The position numbers and the translations under genes were made by a program. 62,285 bases of DNA, taken from IMG/VR virus record IMGVR_UViG_3300022700_000085, positions 1 through 62,285 of that record; one strand, 5' to 3'. Source of the stretch: a virus (Duplodnaviria; Caudoviricetes). Positions within the stretch are counted from its first letter, which is position 1. The number at the start of each line of letters is the position of its first letter. The notes below the pieces were generated by a model. That model searched no databases, was not told where the DNA came from, and saw nothing but the letters and a program-made list of their open reading frames with translations. Shown here one piece after another: positions 28,747-38,003 of the stretch.

Positions 28747-31700
28747 ATTTCATCTTTCGTTATTTGATTACCTTCTTTTCTATACGGCTCCCCTTCTTTG
28801 GCATCAGAATCAAATGTCAAATTACCTACAATAATTTGATTAATTTTTTTACCTCTACCAACGGGGAAATTTTCTGATAATTTACTCTTTATTGCTCTAT
28901 CTTTCCATTCTCCTTTTTGATATTCTTCTAAAGTATTGAAAAACCTTTTTTTGAAATCGCTAAACTTAGTCGCTTGACCAGGAACATTGTAACAATGATC
29001 TTTTATAAATTGTTCAAGATCGTCCGCATTACTTTCAATTGCGTCTTTCTTTCCTTGTGTTTCTACCACTGGCAACATTAATCTACCGTCTGCTGGTTGA
29101 GTCTCATAATCAAGTAAAGTCCTAAGAAAATGCGGTGCTTCATCACGTATCAGTGTTTTAAACTTATCTCGCGGGATTTCATTTTCTATTGGTGGTACAT
29201 ACATAGCTGTAATTCTTGTGTCACCAGGAAACACAGGGAGACTACTACGTGAATTAGCCATCTGGACAAAATGTAGTGTACTTTTCACGTCTTGCACGGT
29301 TTTATATTTTGCGTGAATAGAAATATTATCTCCAGTAGTCCACTCTTTTAATTTATTGTAAGCTGTAGACCCTGCCTTATTAATATCGACTTCATCAATC
29401 ACAGCTAGTATGACATCTTTTAATTCACCGTTATACCCTTGTTCAGAAGTCAAAGCCCTATCTGCTTTTTTAACACCGCTAGTAAATAAAATTTCTAATG
29501 CTTCATGGAAACTTGATTTACCTGTATTTTGAGGTCCATACATAAATAAATACGGAAGCTTACCAAATGGGTTTTGAATCATACATGCAACCCAAGCAAG
29601 GAGATATTCACCACCGTTGTTTATACCCCATTTTTTACACCAATCTAAATCTTTAATATACTCATCTAAATCAGAACCACAATGGTTAAGTAATAAATCC
29701 CATGTAGGGTGTTTAGGTGTCTCACCTTCAGCCAATTCAATAGGATCGAAGGCAAATTGAGCTGAATCTCTATTCCATTTTCTTCCTCCTGGGTATTCAG
29801 GTTGAAACGGCTCATTCACTAGCAACCAAGAATTAAAAACAGCGCCACCTAGAATAGGGTCTGGTTTTCCAAACCCGAGTGAAAAAAGAAACGATTTAAT
29901 ATTTTCGCGTGGGTGTGTCACCCATTTGTGACTGCTATCTCTTAATACCCAAGAATCAAAACCTACACCACCAGGGCCTTTTATTTTTAAGGCTCTCATT
30001 TTATCGTCAAGTTCACTCCAAATGCTTTCTTCTTCTTGTTCTTTATCAGATGTTTCAGAAGCATCTTTAAGCCATATTTCCCAACCACGAGAAGTTTTGA
30101 CAAAACGAGGGAAATCATTTTTTGTGTCGCCTCTTTCTTTAGAGATAACTAAAACTATTTTTTCTTTTGCTCCTCTGTGAAGGGCTAAATTTCTACCAGC
30201 AGCTTTATCTGGAATTTTGATATCTGTTTCAAGTAGTTTAAGGGCGTCCTTTAAATCATCTAATTCTTGAAACATGAAGCCTTGTTTTTCTTCAGTTCCT
30301 TCAAAACCGCCACAAGCCATGCAAATTTGACGTAACGTGGCAGGATAATTGTAGGTGGTGTGCGTCCATGATCCTTGCTTATCCCAAAGGGGGTGTTCCT
30401 CTGTGCCTTCACCGAAGCGGTAAACATCCCAAGCACCATTAGGCTTTGGACGCATAAAACAATTACCAACAAGTATGAAATCTTCTAAGCAGAAACAATG
30501 TGTTTCTGGAACTGTACAACAAAATACTTCTTCTTCATCTGCTGGTTCAACACTAACAATGCGCCAATAATGATGCTGTCGATTAGTTATACTAGCCCAT
30601 CGCTCTTTATGTTTATTAATAAGGAAAAAATCTTCAGTAAGATCAAATGCTTTAATAACAACAGTGTGTACAATGGACCCTTCTTTATACCCACTTGCAT
30701 TTATTCTTGATGTTATTTTAGAAGTTTCAATCCCTAGTATATGACATACTTGTTTGACATGTTCAACACTTTCTTTATCAGTTGATCCAATTATACAAGA
30801 TCCACTATCAGAGACGCAACCATCAGCGGCAAAGTAGCCTGCAAGCCAACCATATAAATAAGGTTTATCATAATGTAAAGGAACTAAAGATTTGAAATGA
30901 TAAGGGAGATTCCATATTTCAACACCTCCAATAGATCGGTTTATTGGTCGTTGAGGATATTCAGAAAAATATTTCAACAATTCAGCATCTTTATCTCCAA
31001 ATAAATAAAGTTGGGAAGTTTTACTCGATCCTCCGTTAGTGCCATCTCCCCATACCAACCCATGTTGAATACCTACTACACTAGGAATATAGGTACATTG
31101 AGGTTTAGTCTGTACTAATATTCTTCCAGGTGTGAGCTCCTTGGTTTCTATTTCTTCTCGTTCACCGAAATTGACTTTAGTTTTTCGATACTCATTACTT
31201 CGATACTTAATAACATACCAGCGGTGATCGCCAGTAGCTCTAATTACTTTACGTTGATCACGATTTTCAATAGTGACGGAAAAGACTTCTTGATTACCAT
31301 ATGATTTGAAAGGCACTTTTACCCATGCACCACGGCGAGTCATAATTTCAACATTTTTACCAGCTAACTCTTGAATTGGTTTTACGCCTTCGCGAGTAAT
31401 TACTTTTGTATCCCCGGCAAGACAATTCGGTTTCCCTGGATCACTATCAAGAGAATTAGTATCAAATAACCCTCTTATAGGTGTTCCACGTTCAGCCCAT
31501 TCATCATATACTTGTTTTAGTCCTGCTGTATGCCCCTGAAAAAGATGGTGATCATGAACCCATAAAGCAGTGTGCCCTGTTCCTTCAAGGTCTTCAAGGA
31601 TCTTTAGGTGTGTATCATCAAGAGGGACACGAGAATAAGCTTGAGTCATTTCATCAAGCTCATCCCCTTTCGTTTGTGTACCATCAGGATTCCATCCTTG

Positions 31701-32453
31701 AATCCTGATTTTGGACCTGCCACCAGAGACAACTTCGAGATGATCACGCCAGTTAGGAGGAACATGATCGGCGGTCAGGAATTGTGTGGCCGGTTTGACT
31801 TGCTTGTAACCTTTGTTATCTTTATTTGCGTCAACATGGTAAATCCACATGACTTGACCACAGACATCCTTGTTGGCTTCGATATTCAAGCCTGTGTGTC
31901 GAGCAATAAGAGAAAGGAAAGCGTCAGCTAGAGCAGAATGCTCATCATGGTTTGCTGTTTTTGGGTAAGGTTCTTGGAACCAAATATACAGGTGCCGTCC
32001 TTGTCCCCGTGTGCTCCTAATTACTTCGATCCAAGGCACTTGAATGTTAGATAGTTTTTCTAATTCCTCGTCTGGGATTCCCACACCGTCAGCGTGCCCA
32101 GCGATTGAATCAAAATCATACCCTAACCCGATTGATTGTTTGTTTTTCCAATCCCACCAAGTAGTACCAATTGCTTTTAATCGTTTCTTAATGATGAATT
32201 GAATAGGTGGATCACTGTAATTTGGATCAGTTTTGGCGTTATAAGGCCACCTGTGAGGGCCAAACACTTCACCACCTTCTTCATACTTATTTGTTTCTGG
32301 GATCTTCTCCCCAGATTTGAAGCAATTGATTTGTGTTTCTAGTCGGGCTGGGTCTTTCCCCCAACGATCAATCAACTCGAGGTTGTTATGTTCTTTTTTG
32401 ATTGTGCTTTCATAATATTTTCTGAAAGCCTCTGTCATTCTTTCATTACGCAT
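28743..32453 (-). CDS. Primase-helicase (AEP-like N-terminus + SF3 helicase) with an intein
   Basis: DFD and STRGQGRHLY primase motifs; GPQNTGKS Walker A, VIDE Walker B; intein motifs. Confidence 0.82.
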   Translation of the reverse strand: MRNERMTEAFRKYYESTIKKEHNNLELIDRWGKDPARLETQINCFKSGEKIPETNKYEEGGEVFGPHRWPYNAKTDPNYSDPPIQFIIKKRLKAIGTTWWDWKNKQSIGLGYDFDSIAGHADGVGIPDEELEKLSNIQVPWIEVIRSTRGQGRHLYIWFQEPYPKTANHDEHSALADAFLSLIARHTGLNIEANKDVCGQVMWIYHVDANKDNKGYKQVKPATQFLTADHVPPNWRDHLEVVSGGRSKIRIQGWNPDGTQTKGDELDEMTQAYSRVPLDDTHLKILEDLEGTGHTALWVHDHHLFQGHTAGLKQVYDEWAERGTPIRGLFDTNSLDSDPGKPNCLAGDTKVITREGVKPIQELAGKNVEIMTRRGAWVKVPFKSYGNQEVFSVTIENRDQRKVIRATGDHRWYVIKYRSNEYRKTKVNFGEREEIETKELTPGRILVQTKPQCTYIPSVVGIQHGLVWGDGTNGGSSKTSQLYLFGDKDAELLKYFSEYPQRPINRSIGGVEIWNLPYHFKSLVPLHYDKPYLYGWLAGYFAADGCVSDSGSCIIGSTDKESVEHVKQVCHILGIETSKITSRINASGYKEGSIVHTVVIKAFDLTEDFFLINKHKERWASITNRQHHYWRIVSVEPADEEEVFCCTVPETHCFCLEDFILVGNCFMRPKPNGAWDVYRFGEGTEEHPLWDKQGSWTHTTYNYPATLRQICMACGGFEGTEEKQGFMFQELDDLKDALKLLETDIKIPDKAAGRNLALHRGAKEKIVLVISKERGDTKNDFPRFVKTSRGWEIWLKDASETSDKEQEEESIWSELDDKMRALKIKGPGGVGFDSWVLRDSSHKWVTHPRENIKSFLFSLGFGKPDPILGGAVFNSWLLVNEPFQPEYPGGRKWNRDSAQFAFDPIELAEGETPKHPTWDLLLNHCGSDLDEYIKDLDWCKKWGINNGGEYLLAWVACMIQNPFGKLPYLFMYGPQNTGKSSFHEALEILFTSGVKKADRALTSEQGYNGELKDVILAVIDEVDINKAGSTAYNKLKEWTTGDNISIHAKYKTVQDVKSTLHFVQMANSRSSLPVFPGDTRITAMYVPPIENEIPRDKFKTLIRDEAPHFLRTLLDYETQPADGRLMLPVVETQGKKDAIESNADDLEQFIKDHCYNVPGQATKFSDFKKRFFNTLEEYQKGEWKDRAIKSKLSENFPVGRGKKINQIIVGNLTFDSDAKEGEPYRKEGNQITKDEI
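30462..31424 (-). mobile_element. Intein (321 aa) with LAGLIDADG homing endonuclease
   Basis: N|CLAGDT.V block A, ATGDHRW block B, GLVWGDG and LAGYFAADG, VFCCTV...LVGN|C end. Confidence 0.88.
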
Positions 32454-32478
32454 ATCTCCTCCATTTATCTCGAAAGTC

Positions 32479-33381
32479 TCTATACTCTATAATATGCAAA
32501 CTGACGTGTATTTTCCACAAAGACGTGTTTTTGACGGAAATTTTATACCCCCAACACTCCCAAAAGAGGGGTCACCCTCACCGGAGGTAGTAAAGATACC
32601 TCCACACTACTAGAGTACTACTTATAAGTGGTAAGGCACTAATATAAGGTATAGGTAAACCCCTTATTTTGACTTTATAAATCTTAACCCCTCTACGGAC
32701 TTTTTGATATACCTCCGTAGTAGTATATTTCCATAAGTCAGCATGATTTAACAATTTATGTAAAATACCCCTCCAATAGCTATAAATCAAACCTCCGCTT
32801 TACTACATAAAATAAGGTGGTGTCAAATACCTTGATATAGTGCCTTACCACCTGAAATTACTACATATATTAAACGGTATTTAATACCCCAGAAGAGTTA
32901 CTTAAAATTAGGTATTTATCAATACCTCCGGTAGGTGGATTTTTACTTAAAACGTTTAACAGACAAGAGTTACGTTTACACCCCTCACCGGAGCCCCTAC
33001 TTATACCTCCGCTTTACTACTACCCCTCTATTAGTAGTGTAAGTAATAATATAGAGGGGTGAGCAAATACCTAATAAGATGGTCCTCACCCTACAATAAG
33101 TGGTATTACCCCTCGCCGGACTCTTTGGTATACCTCCGGTGTGGGGTAAATCACATAAACACCTACATACTAATAGTTTACGACAAATAATAACACAACT
33201 AAAGCGCCGGAGGTAAAAAAAAGTTCTGTGAGTAATTTTTGTAAAGTGTAAATTTGAGTATGGGAGGGTTTATTTGAAACTCCGACTCCGCCATACCACC
33301 CAAAAGAGGCAAAATAAAAAAACCTCTGAAATCCCGCCAAAGTGGAAAATTTGACGTGTTTTGCATATTATAGAGTATAGA
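32479..33381. repeat. Non-coding control region bounded by 40-bp imperfect inverted repeats (32479-32518 / 33342-33381), with iteron-like ACCTCC repeats; probable origin with divergent promoters
   Basis: TCTATACTCTATAATATGCAAA and ATTTTCCAC occur inverted at both ends; at least 8 (T)ACCTCC(G) copies; lies between divergent primase-helicase and ParB-like genes. Confidence 0.75.
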
Positions 33382-33384
33382 ACC

Positions 33385-34323
33385 ATGAATGATAAACAAT
33401 TAACAATACCGATAAACCAAATCTTCAAACCCAAGCACGCACTCCGTCCTGTTAGAAGGTCTAAACCTGAGTATGTTGAGCTTGTAGAATCTATAAAAAA
33501 GGATGGTATTCTACAACCTATTCTTGTTAGACCTGTGCAAGATGGGTTTGAAGTTGTGGAAGGATGGCATAGATATGAGGCCGCAAAAGAAGCGGGACTA
33601 TCTGAGATGCCGTGTTTGATTAGAGAAATGACTGACAGAGAGGTGATGATATCTCAGTTAAAATGTAATTCAATTCGTCCTAAGACGGCCACATTTGAAT
33701 TTGCAAGAAGATTAAAAATTCTCATGGAAGAGGGCTGGACACTGACGGAATTAAGTGCTATAATTGATAAGACACCCTCATGGATACGAAATCAATTGTA
33801 TCTTAACCGTCTTTGTGAGGAAGCGAGAGAACCAGTAGAACGGGGAGAAATTCCTTTAAGTTCAGCTTTGGCTTTAGCAAATTTACCTGAAGACTTACAA
33901 CCAAAATTTATTGAGGATGCAATATCCTTAAAACATGTTGAATTTGCTAAGCGTGCAAAACGCGCTCTGAGAGATTATAAAGCTTATATCCTTGAGGAGC
34001 AACAAGAGGATAAAAAATCAGGTGTTTCACCACCAAAGTTAAGAACTGTTAACGTCATTAAAAGGGAGGCAGTTGATCATAAACATGCTAAAGAAGTATT
34101 AAAAGAAGTAAAAGCCAAAACACCTTTAGATGGATGGAAAGCGTGCATGGCTTGGTTATTTAAATTAGATCCAATTACAGTTGAAGGTAAAAAATCTAAA
34201 TATGAGGAGAAACATGATGATGCATTAATGAGTATAGCTGAATTTCGCAAAACGAATAGAGAATTAATTAAGAAATTTGTTAAAAAACAAACAAGAACCG
34301 GAGATTATAAAAATGACGAATGA
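33385..34323 (+). CDS. ParB/RepB/Spo0J-family protein
   Basis: LVESIKKDGILQPILVRP, VVEGWHRYEAA, HTH (TLTELSAIIDKTPSWI). Confidence 0.85.
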   Translation: MNDKQLTIPINQIFKPKHALRPVRRSKPEYVELVESIKKDGILQPILVRPVQDGFEVVEGWHRYEAAKEAGLSEMPCLIREMTDREVMISQLKCNSIRPKTATFEFARRLKILMEEGWTLTELSAIIDKTPSWIRNQLYLNRLCEEAREPVERGEIPLSSALALANLPEDLQPKFIEDAISLKHVEFAKRAKRALRDYKAYILEEQQEDKKSGVSPPKLRTVNVIKREAVDHKHAKEVLKEVKAKTPLDGWKACMAWLFKLDPITVEGKKSKYEEKHDDALMSIAEFRKTNRELIKKFVKKQTRTGDYKNDE

Positions 34324-35005
34324 TTTAGTACCTTTTAATGTTTCTTTGCCTACAGTAAGTAATGATCAATTAAATAGTTTTGATGATGTCGCTCAAGGAA
34401 CTGAATACCTATCACGTATTCAACTTGTCACAAAGGGTAAGTATGTAGATATGGGCAAAATTCCACCTGGTCGTTGGGGTGTTCCTCAAGCTGGTGGAGA
34501 AGAAATTGAAGACCTTGGCGATCAAATTGATGTTATTCCTTTTTGTTATCGGCCAAAGGCTTTGGATATTTCTGATCCTGAAGCCATCGTCTCTAATTTT
34601 GATGCAAAATCTGAAGAGTTTCAAAGAATCAAGAACGCTCCTAAGAATTCAGGGTGTTTATGGGGCCCGTCTTTCTTAGTGTTGGAACGTAATACTGGTA
34701 AGTTGTATGAATTGTTCTTTGGAAACAAGTCTGGGCGAAGCGAAGCATCTAAGCTTAGACCTTTCCTTCCAACTGAAGCAAATGGTGGTAACCCTTCTCC
34801 AGCCACTTTGAAGATCCGTTACAAGCAAACTAAGGATTACGGATGGCATGTCCCGGTAATCACTAAGTGCTCAGAACCTTTTGATCCTGAATCTGTTGAA
34901 GTGACTTCTGATAAGTTGAAAGAGGAAATTCAAAAATTCCTCAACCCACAAGAAGGTGCTCAGAAGGTTGAAAAGGAAGAACAAAATAATCGACGTGCTC
35001 GATAA
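34313..35005 (+). CDS. Putative single-stranded DNA-binding/replication protein
   Basis: GGAG RBS; SRIQLV..., W..P near C-terminus; replication context; family not firmly identified. Confidence 0.45.
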   Translation: MTNDLVPFNVSLPTVSNDQLNSFDDVAQGTEYLSRIQLVTKGKYVDMGKIPPGRWGVPQAGGEEIEDLGDQIDVIPFCYRPKALDISDPEAIVSNFDAKSEEFQRIKNAPKNSGCLWGPSFLVLERNTGKLYELFFGNKSGRSEASKLRPFLPTEANGGNPSPATLKIRYKQTKDYGWHVPVITKCSEPFDPESVEVTSDKLKEEIQKFLNPQEGAQKVEKEEQNNRRAR

Positions 35006-35012
35006 CTTAATT

Positions 35013-35047
35013 AATACGGCCAGGGAGATTCCCTGGCCGTATTTTAT
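35013..35047 (+). terminator. Rho-independent terminator
   Basis: AATACGGCCAGGGA-GAT-TCCCTGGCCGTATT followed by T-rich tail. Confidence 0.8.
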
Positions 35048-35067
35048 ATTCTAGATTGGTGTTAAAC

Positions 35068-35487
35068 ATGAAGTTTTTATGCAAGATATTTTTAAAATTT
35101 GCCTTTTGGTTGTCACCACGATATGTAAACACTTATTTTCAACAGTCTCAATCTAATGATCTTTCAGTGAAGAATCAATTGGACAAGCTGTCTATGCTGC
35201 TCTCGACTCTGTTAAATTCGGAACCGAACACCATCAAAAGCATGGATACAATTATAGATTTTGAAAGAGAAGCAGCTAAATATAAATCCCAAGCAGAATA
35301 CTATAATATGTGTTTTACTCAACAACAGCTTCTACCTCATAGAAACTACGGTGTTTCACTTTCAAATGATGGTGTTAGTTGGATCGCTAGTTTAGTGATG
35401 GATGAAACTGCTGTGTTAGTAGGTAGAGGGGATTCTCCTCAAGAAGCTTTAACCGATTTTGATTTGCAATGGTCAGGTGCGAAATGA
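35068..35487 (+). CDS. Hypothetical protein (HicB-like GRGDSPQEAL C-terminus)
   Basis: ORF in operon; only weak motif resemblance. Confidence 0.4.
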   Translation: MKFLCKIFLKFAFWLSPRYVNTYFQQSQSNDLSVKNQLDKLSMLLSTLLNSEPNTIKSMDTIIDFEREAAKYKSQAEYYNMCFTQQQLLPHRNYGVSLSNDGVSWIASLVMDETAVLVGRGDSPQEALTDFDLQWSGAK

Positions 35488-35999
35488 GTGGAGTAGTTTT
35501 AGTACAGTTTTCTTCTCTTGATTTAAAAAAGTTTCTTCCTATCGGTAGGCAAGCGTTAGATAGAAGCCTTTCTGAAAAGGCTGATAATGCCAACATACAC
35601 CCTCCGTTGCATCATATGTTGTGTGTGTCTTCACTAAAAACAAAAGATATAAAAGCCAACGCCTTAACATGTAAACCATATTTGAACTTATTCCATGCTG
35701 GTTTCCTCATTGGCACATATGATAGGTACCTTGCTGAGATACTTGAGATAGCTGGCATGCCTTCTGTAGTAACTGATTCAGTTGAGAGAGGTGTTGCATT
35801 AGTTTTTATCGCTGGTACTCTATCTAATTGGCGGGAAGCCATTTTACGGGGTTGTCAAAAAGAAGTAAATAGCAATGTTCGACACACATACAATTTGGTG
35901 TTTCGCGAATTGAAAAATATTGGTTTGGGACCAGCTTTTGATTTTAATCAAGTTGAAAATAAGCGAGATCAAACCTTTTTGTTGGAGAACAAATCTTGA
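35484..35999 (+). CDS. Hypothetical protein, weak resemblance to the ThyX C-terminal region
   Basis: AGTLSNWREAI.R; the ThyX RHR signature is absent. Confidence 0.35.
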   Translation: MSGVVLVQFSSLDLKKFLPIGRQALDRSLSEKADNANIHPPLHHMLCVSSLKTKDIKANALTCKPYLNLFHAGFLIGTYDRYLAEILEIAGMPSVVTDSVERGVALVFIAGTLSNWREAILRGCQKEVNSNVRHTYNLVFRELKNIGLGPAFDFNQVENKRDQTFLLENKS

Positions 36000-36583
36000 G
36001 TTCTTTTATTTTTCCTCACACTGATTTATATGAGATACCTCAATTAGATATCACTAAACAAGGGGATTTTATTAATCTTCCTGTTGCGGGTTGGGGTTCT
36101 GTATCTAGACGAACACGATTCCGTGGCACTTGGCATTTTTATATTGATGATGCTAAATTCACAGCTTTATGGAAACATCCTGAAACACTCCTTAAAACAA
36201 AATCAATCTACGCTGTGGAACCTAATTTTTCTACGCATGAACAAATGCAATTCCCTGTGGTTTTATATAGATTATATCAGAAGCGTTGGCTTTCTCGTTA
36301 TTGGCAAGAGCATGATGTAGGTATTTTTGTTGACTTAAATGTGGCTGATTGTTACCAGCAATTAAATTTATTGGGTGTACCTAATGGATGGCAATCATAC
36401 GCAACACATGCAGTTGATAGCAGATTAGATTTATTGGAAAAACATGTTGAAATAGCTCGAAGTCATGCCAGGGATAAAATAAAAATGCTTGTATATGGTG
36501 GAGGTAAGAAAACAGCTGAATATTGTAGAGAAAATGATTTGATTCATGTAAGAGACGCAAGAAACGAGGCCAGAAATGGGTAG
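35996..36583 (+). CDS. DUF4417-like protein
   Basis: HFYIDD.KF..LW..P, PNFS, Y..RWL..YWQ..., LVYGG. Confidence 0.65.
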   Translation: MSSFIFPHTDLYEIPQLDITKQGDFINLPVAGWGSVSRRTRFRGTWHFYIDDAKFTALWKHPETLLKTKSIYAVEPNFSTHEQMQFPVVLYRLYQKRWLSRYWQEHDVGIFVDLNVADCYQQLNLLGVPNGWQSYATHAVDSRLDLLEKHVEIARSHARDKIKMLVYGGGKKTAEYCRENDLIHVRDARNEARNG

Positions 36584-37292
36584 TGGTAAAGGCGGAGCTG
36601 GTGGCGGTGGAGGAGGTGGAGGAGGACCAACAAAGCAACCAGCACAACCAGCACAACCAGCAGAAGAAGTCCTTGACCCGATTGATAAAGAAGGGTACAA
36701 TCTTTATGATGATCCTGCTATGATTGACGACGTTAATCCAGGTGGAACTTTAACAGGGACGGGAAAAATGGCCAGTAATCTTCCAGAAAAAGACAGACAG
36801 GCTATAGAAGCTTACACTGGTAAATATGTTACTGGTGGCGAAAGATTTGCACAGATAACTGCTGAAGATTTGAATAGTTATTTGCGTACTGGCACTATAA
36901 GCAATAGTTTAAAGAATCCCGCAAAAAATTATGCAAAAGAATTAAATAAGAACTTATCAAAAGTAAGATCATATAAAGGTGAAACTTATAGAATTGTACG
37001 TGATAGTGGTGGAGGCATTGCTCAGAAATACACTCCTGGTAATATTGTACGACAACCTGATTTTATTAGTGCGTCGAGATCCACCATGGCTAGTAGCTTC
37101 CCTTACGCAAGAGCAAAGCAAGGACATACAAGATTCAAAATACAATCTAAAACAGGGAAACCAATAGAAGATGTTTCCCGTTTCCCTGGTGAGATGGAGG
37201 TGCTGTATAAATCTGGCACAAAATTTAGTGTGACTTCTAAAACTTGGAATCAAGCTAGAAATACCTGGGACATTACCTTGACAGAGCTGTGA
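36576..37292 (+). CDS. ADP-ribosyltransferase (R-S-E clade; VIP2/C3/Alt-like) with Gly-rich N-terminus
   Basis: AI..YT, LNSYLR, TYR, FISAS, EMEVL catalytic motifs. Confidence 0.85.
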   Translation: MGSGKGGAGGGGGGGGGPTKQPAQPAQPAEEVLDPIDKEGYNLYDDPAMIDDVNPGGTLTGTGKMASNLPEKDRQAIEAYTGKYVTGGERFAQITAEDLNSYLRTGTISNSLKNPAKNYAKELNKNLSKVRSYKGETYRIVRDSGGGIAQKYTPGNIVRQPDFISASRSTMASSFPYARAKQGHTRFKIQSKTGKPIEDVSRFPGEMEVLYKSGTKFSVTSKTWNQARNTWDITLTEL

Positions 37293-37306
37293 TTACAGTG
37301 TATAAT
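37278..37306 (+). promoter_or_regulatory. Consensus sigma70-type promoter
   Basis: TTGACA-17 nt-TATAAT. Confidence 0.8.
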
Positions 37307-37323
37307 ATAGTAGGAGATTAACA

Positions 37324-37527
37324 ATGCCATTTGATCCAAAGAATTTTTCTGAACCTGAAACGATCCCTTGCAATAGTTGCAAGCATTATAGACCTTTTTC
37401 CAATCCACCGTCTTGTACTGCTTTTCCTAATGGGATTCCAGACTCAATTCTGAATGGTGAAGAAGATCATAGAGAGCCAGTTCGGGGTGATCATGGAATC
37501 CAATTTGAGCCAGCGAGAAGACAATGA
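37324..37527 (+). CDS. Small Cys-rich protein (candidate ART partner/immunity protein)
   Basis: CNSCKH...C.AFP.GIP..I..G..DH..P..GD.GIQFE; AGGAG RBS; own promoter. Confidence 0.6.
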   Translation: MPFDPKNFSEPETIPCNSCKHYRPFSNPPSCTAFPNGIPDSILNGEEDHREPVRGDHGIQFEPARRQ

Positions 37528-38003
37528 GTAAATACGACGAATTATCATTACCTAATATTCAAGAAAATATAAATGCTAAAGCAGGGAAAATTATTGAAGT
37601 AGGCAGAGGCATAGGTGATACACTTATGTTAAAACTTGGATGGATGTTAAATAATCAATTAGCATATACATTAGTATTGGTAGAACTTGAATCCTTTTAC
37701 CGTTTTAGTCATCTTCTTAATTCGATTGATTATGGTTATTATGTGATTCATTCTGATGGTGCTGAATCTTGGTATCCAACTGAATCTTTTGAAACTAATT
37801 TTATACGCGACGATATTGAAAAATTGAAAAATGAAAACAAAGAACTTTGTAGGGTTAATCAAGAAAATAACAATGAAATAGAAAGATTGAAAAATGAAAA
37901 TAGAGAACTTCGCACCACTATTCAAAAACACCATTATTTAAAAACAATTGTAAAAAGTTCAAATGCTGACTTTTATTTATGGACTGCTTTGGAGAGTATT
38001 TGA
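37524..38003 (+). CDS. Hypothetical coiled-coil protein
   Basis: Internal repeat IE(K/R)LKNEN(K/R)EL. Confidence 0.5.
   Translation: MSKYDELSLPNIQENINAKAGKIIEVGRGIGDTLMLKLGWMLNNQLAYTLVLVELESFYRFSHLLNSIDYGYYVIHSDGAESWYPTESFETNFIRDDIEKLKNENKELCRVNQENNNEIERLKNENRELRTTIQKHHYLKTIVKSSNADFYLWTALESI

Noticed and set aside
32575-33215. CRISPR array in the repeat-rich non-coding region
   Set aside because: Repeats are short, in both orientations and irregularly spaced; no cas genes
35484-35999. Thymidylate synthase ThyX
   Set aside because: Lacks the RHRxxSxxxxSxR signature
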